NCBI RefSeq assembly: GCF_004010195.1
Contig: NC_057751.1
Location: 6,476,699-6,517,256 of the forward strand
DNA: 40,558 bases
DNA from: Chiloscyllium plagiosum
Lineage: Eukaryota
Direction of reading: 5' to 3'
A model generated the notes under the pieces. It was not told where the DNA came from, did not search any database, and saw only the letters and a list, made by a program, of their open reading frames with translations. Numbering within the stretch: the first letter of the stretch is position 1; each line of letters opens with the position of its first letter. Position numbers and translations under genes: made by a program. Below are positions 36,156 through 40,558 of this stretch, one piece after another.

Positions 36156-36250
36156 CATTATCAGATGAAGGTCTTTTGCCCAAAACGTCGATTCTCCTGC
36201 TCCTTGCCTACTGTCTGACCTGCTGTGCTTTTCCAGCACCACACTCCCGA
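36156..36250 (+). mobile_element. Penelope-terminus fragment with a decayed hammerhead motif
   Basis: cagatgaaggtcttttgcccaaaacgtcgattctcctgctcc...gacctgctgtgcttttccagcaccacactc. Confidence 0.75.
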
Positions 36251-36814
36251 GTCTTTCTTTTCTCTATTTTTGACCGTGTGTCTCTTTTTCTTATTTTAAT
36301 TTCCTCTGCTCCAATTTTAATCTTATCTACCACTGCTTTGTCCATTTCATCAACCTCAAATTCCAACTAAAAACCGATTTAAACTTTTGTGTTCTCTATT
36401 TTGTGTCAGGCAAAGTTCTAATTCCAAGTGCCTTCCTATATTTTAACCATTTGAGGTACATTTTTTCAAAGATTGTTTCATATTGACAATTTACACAGTC
36501 TGGGATCATTGCTATTTCAGTTTGTAGTGCCTTTCTCCTTTTTCAGTCCATTACTTTTGAAGCTTCCTTGACAGTTCATCAGGTGTGCATTTACCCGTCT
36601 CCCTCTCTTCAGCCAGCCACTGAATTTACGTCCACAATCATTAATTTGGCTGGAACAGTCCTCATTCAAAATGCACATGTTGTACTTATAAGTTTGCTTT
36701 TTATACAGGTGTTCCAGGGTGATGATCCATGACCATAACACTGTCAATGTCTGATGTTGTAGTTATAAATCATAGAATTATTGGCACAAATCTTGCTGTG
36801 GAGAAGGTCAGAAG

Positions 36815-37262
36815 CCAGGTTATAGTCCAACAGGTTTATTTGAAATCACAAGCTTTCAAAGCATTGCCCCTTCGTCATGTGCAGTGAGAAAGAAGCACAG
36901 GCACAGAATTTCTCGGCAGAGGGATCAAAAGATCATACAAATGGTGTGAGTGGAGTGTCGACAGGCTGAATAAGAGCCCCCTGCAGGTGATCAAGAGTGT
37001 CAGACAGTGTGAGTGAAGTGCCAACAACTGAATAACAAGTGAAGGGATGACCTATCGTCCCATTAAATGAGGCAGAGACATAATTACAAAAAATTAAAAT
37101 AAGGTGGTGCTGGCAACAAACCAAATGACTGAAATAATGTAATAGATATAAGAGTCACGTGCCAGAGGTCTAAGCAAAGTATTAAATAATCCAAAACTAT
37201 ACAAACTAATTGAAATAGAGAGATGATGATAATTTATCAAGGTGATGGTGTCAAAACAGGGC
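36815..37262 (-). mobile_element. Longer Penelope-like 3' terminal region (same family as 3266-3473) with a decayed hammerhead motif (36847-36881)
   Basis: ccaggttatagtccaacaggttta is identical to the 3266 element arm. Minus strand reads CAC AUGACGA AGGGGC AAU GCUUU GAAA GC UU GUG. The right boundary is approximate. Confidence 0.65.
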
Positions 37263-39499
37263 AGTGCTGGAGTGGCATCCAGTGGTGCATGATGAGTGCC
37301 TGACGTCTTCACGTTGCTTTTGTGTTATCTTTCTCTGGGAGTTGCTGTCTGATCATAATGCGGCGAGGTCTCCTGGGACTTGAACGATAAAATCTGTCTC
37401 CTTCACCAAAATAAGATTTAAGATTGAGGAAGAAACAGAGAGGGGGGATGGAATTGTCAGTCCAGTTACAGAAAGAGAAATAAACAGAGAGCAAGAATAG
37501 ATTCAGAAAGGCAAAGATTGACATTTAAAATTATTTTTCAATCAATTTTTTGGAAAAATATACAATTGCAGGGATAGAGTTGAACAATTAAATTGTACAA
37601 TTTTTGGCTCAGAATAATTGATGTGCAATTCCATTAACTTTTAGCATATTTTACAAGAGTACTTTAGCTCTTAATCATTAGTCTCAACCACTTTCAGTGA
37701 ATTCAGTGGGCAATGTATATGCAAATCAAGGCATTCCCATAAATAATGGGAAGCAAAGGGTAAGATGTCGTTCATGCAAATCAACTAGCAAGTTCCAGAC
37801 GTTCAGACCTAGCAATACATTTGTTGATTCCCTGGATCTGCTTGCCTGTTGTACATGATTAACAGCATGTGTCTTTAACATGTTTCTTCCCCCCCAGGTA
37901 GGATCTGACCCTGAGTATGTTCATCTTGAGTGAAGATGCACAAGTGTCCCTTGTCAACAGAGAGGTCAAGTTTATAGCTTCAGTTAAGAAAGTCAATTTA
38001 TAAGACAGAAAATTACTGACAGAGGGGGTAGACAGGCTCAAAGCATGAACAGGCCATATTGTGAGATGATAGAAAAGAAATCACGCCATCTGTCTAAAAT
38101 GTCAAAGATCATCCCGAAGGAGAGAATAATTAAACAGCTGAAGAAATAAGGATTAGCAAGAGGAAGCTGAGATATTAAATGCATGGACTGTACTTCAGTA
38201 AATTTTGCTGCATTCTTTGAAGAATGTTCAGGCAGTTGCTTATTTTACCAAAACTTCAACAATGTGGCACACTGCTGCATGTTAGAAGTGACATACAGTA
38301 ATACACAGTTCCCTATTCTTTCTAGACCGAAAGAACTTGTACACACTGACTGTTTCAACTCAACAAAATAGGTGGCAGATATTCTATAGATCATTTCTCA
38401 GGGCAACACCTAAACCAATCAGAATCAACTTAGCTGATTTAAAATTTAAGCAAAGTTTTGCAGTTAACTGTCAGTCATCATTTAGTAGGTGCATTCTCCA
38501 TAGCAATGTCTTTAGCAATTAGACTCCACTTGCCAATCTATTAGCACTTTTCTCTCACACAGTACATATACAGCCTTTACATTAGTACTCTTCTCAATTG
38601 CCCTGAGGACTGCAAGATGAAAAGCTTCAATAAAATGTTTTATATTCTGCAATACCTGAATTCTGTACCACGACATGGCTAATAGAAAATCATATGTTGG
38701 TTGACTTATTTCCCTCCCCTTCCCCACTTATTTTGTGTAGTGATTTCTAGGGTTCTACTTCAGTTAAAGAGGACGTGTATCAAGTTTTAATTTAAAAGGT
38801 AATTGGTAAATTTTCCCACTTTTTTTCTGGAAAGCTAGGGGTCTATCCCTCAAAGCATGATAGGCCATTATATTATCAGGCACTATGACAAATCAGAGAA
38901 TTATGAAGCAGTCAAATGTATAACCTTCCCTCTGTCAGGAAAGAAAGGACCATTTGAACCTGAGGAATGCTAGTTCAGGTCCCCTTGGTAAATCTAGTTC
39001 ATAGAGTTGTTCATAATCTAAAGGCTAACCTGGAAAATTTCAGTGAGTATTATAATAGGGATTGTGTGATGTATTTTAATTGTTTCTCTCCTCCAGGAAG
39101 AGGAATCTAAAGTTAGTTCAGTCAAGATACTGCTTGACTATAACGTTTTTATTTCTATGCGTTCACTTGCTTGCTATCAAACACCTTAACTATTTGTGTC
39201 TGGTAGTGTATCACAAAAGTATTTTCAGTCCCTTCTGAAAGATTTGAAGAAGCAGGTAGCAGCACGTCCAAATTAAACATACCAAAGATATGATTAACAT
39301 TAAGTGTTCTTTGATCATATACTTAAGTGCATAGTAAAACAGATATAGTTATTGTTGTAAGGTGCTGAAGCTGCTTATGAGTGCTGTACCTAGCAATATT
39401 AAACCTGAGAATCTTAGAAAGAGGCTAAACAATTATTACTGTTTTTATTACTGGAATGGATGAAACAGAATTTCAGTCTTTGTTCAGATATGTTGCTCC

Positions 39500-39750
39500 C
39501 AAACATTAAATCACCATCAAAACACATTTTTCCCTCCCTGCCCCTTTCAGCATTCTGAAGGAACTATTCCTCCATTGATATGTAGTTCACTCCTCGAGTA
39601 GCCTGAATACTCCATCTGTCTCTTCGCTGTGGCATCTTTCCATGCAACACAGGAGATGTAACATCGAGTCTTTTAACTTTTCTCATCTCAAACTCCAAGG
39701 CTCAAACATTTCTTCCAGGTTAACGATTTATATAAATTTCTTTCAACTTA
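39500..39750 (+). mobile_element. Old Penelope-like internal fragment
   Basis: Resembles 10150-10390 (ttctgaaggaactattcctcc..ggcatctttccatgcaac..ccaaggctcaaacatttcttccaggt). Confidence 0.55.
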
Positions 39751-39755
39751 CAGTC

Positions 39756-39910
39756 TAGAACACAGAACATATAGAACATAGAACATAACAGCACAGGCCC
39801 TTTGGCCTTTCATATTGCACCAGAATCAATCTGAAGCCCATGTATCCTACACAATTCCATTTTCATCCATATGTTTATCGAATGACCATTTAAGTGCCCT
39901 TAAGGTTGGC
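39756..39910 (-). mobile_element. CR1 3' end
   Basis: (agaacat)n tail and minus-strand PTLRALKWSFDKHMDENGI. Confidence 0.8.
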
Positions 39911-39911
39911 A

Positions 39912-40558
39912 AGATTCCAGAGATGCAGAGGAAAGGATAGCAAAGATGATTCTCGATAGGAGTGAGAGAGACAGGGTAGTTCTCATGGGGGACTTCAACT
40001 TCAACTTTCCAAATATTGACTGGGAACATTATGGTACAAATACAGTAGAGGGTCAGTTTTTGTCCAGTGTGTGCAGGAGCTATGAACCTGGACTCCAAGG
40101 TCTCTTTGTTCAGCAACTCTCTACGACCTCACCATTAAGTCTGAAAAACAACCCTCCACTTCCCGACACAGTATGTAGACAGGCCAACAAGGGACGAAGC
40201 CACATTAGATTTGGTACTGGGTAATGAGCCCGGCCAGGTGTAAGACTTGGAAGTAGGTGAGCACTTTGGTGATAGCGATCACAATTCTGTTATGTTTACT
40301 TTAGTGATAGAAAGGGATGGGTGTATACCACTGGGCAAGACTTATAGCTGGGGGAAAGGCAATTACGATACGATTAGGCAAGATTTAGGAAGCATAGGAT
40401 GGATAAGGAAACTGCAAGGGTTGGGCACTTTAGAAATGTGGAGCTTATTCAAGGAAAAGCTCCTGTGTGTCCTAGATAAGTATGTACCTGTCAGGCAGGG
40501 AGGAAGCTGTAGAGCGCGGGAGCCATGGTTTACGAAGGAAGTGGAATCTCTGGTCAAG
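39912..40558 (+). mobile_element. CR1 ORF2 APE-like endonuclease region, running off the window end, with a short antisense insert at about 40080-40160
   Basis: VVLMGDFNF..PNIDW; TQYVDRPTRDEATLDLVLGN; GEHFGDSDHNSVMF; PWFTKEVESLVK. Confidence 0.9.

Larger units (their letters stand above)
32140..36370 (-). mobile_element. Older Gypsy LTR-retrotransposon pol (RT) relic in two pieces (35803-36370 and 32140-32561), split by a younger Gypsy
   Basis: IDSVSAAALIIKIDFHKGYWQIPMTA rejoins in frame with HIEHFSAFIIPDRLY..*NASVTFQ across the insertion, then VVNLDN..SDTWKLHL..VNLAKS..FLGMCKYHQKFVPNLST. Confidence 0.85.

Noticed and set aside
37880..39180. Acceptor-like tracts (ttcttccccccag near 37897; ttctctcctccag near 39096) as exon starts
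   Set aside because: They are followed by early stops or no clear donor, and the peptides are unrecognisable.

Overview
Eukaryotic, AT-rich, CpG-depleted, repeat-dense non-coding DNA. The repeat set (HE1/V-SINEs, many CR1 LINEs, Deu-domain SINE relics) points to a cartilaginous fish, probably a shark; this is an inference. I found no intact protein-coding gene or convincing host exon, and the recognisable ORFs in the track are frameshifted transposon fragments or their antisense shadows. The window is a layered transposon graveyard: about ten CR1 fragments, two Rex1/Babar LINEs, a second CR1-group LINE, three HE1 SINEs, a Penelope-like (RT + GIY-YIG) element, two solo LTRs with 4-bp target-site duplications (TSDs), a pogo/Tigger-like MITE, two degraded Harbinger/PIF transposons split by CR1 insertions, and a Gypsy element nested in another Gypsy. 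The most interesting signals are three. (1) At least eight Penelope-terminus-derived segments each carry a minimal hammerhead-ribozyme motif (CUGANGA-A-helix II-GAAA-palindromic helix III); two are short fold-back units flanked by perfect 13-bp TSDs. (2) A Gypsy insertion is bounded by inverted rather than direct LTR ends, yet carries a clean 4-bp TSD inside a host RT gene that rejoins in frame. (3) There are deep nested insertions, including one that lands at the GDKG/YP catalytic motif of a Harbinger transposase. All family names come from motif recognition by eye, not database searches.
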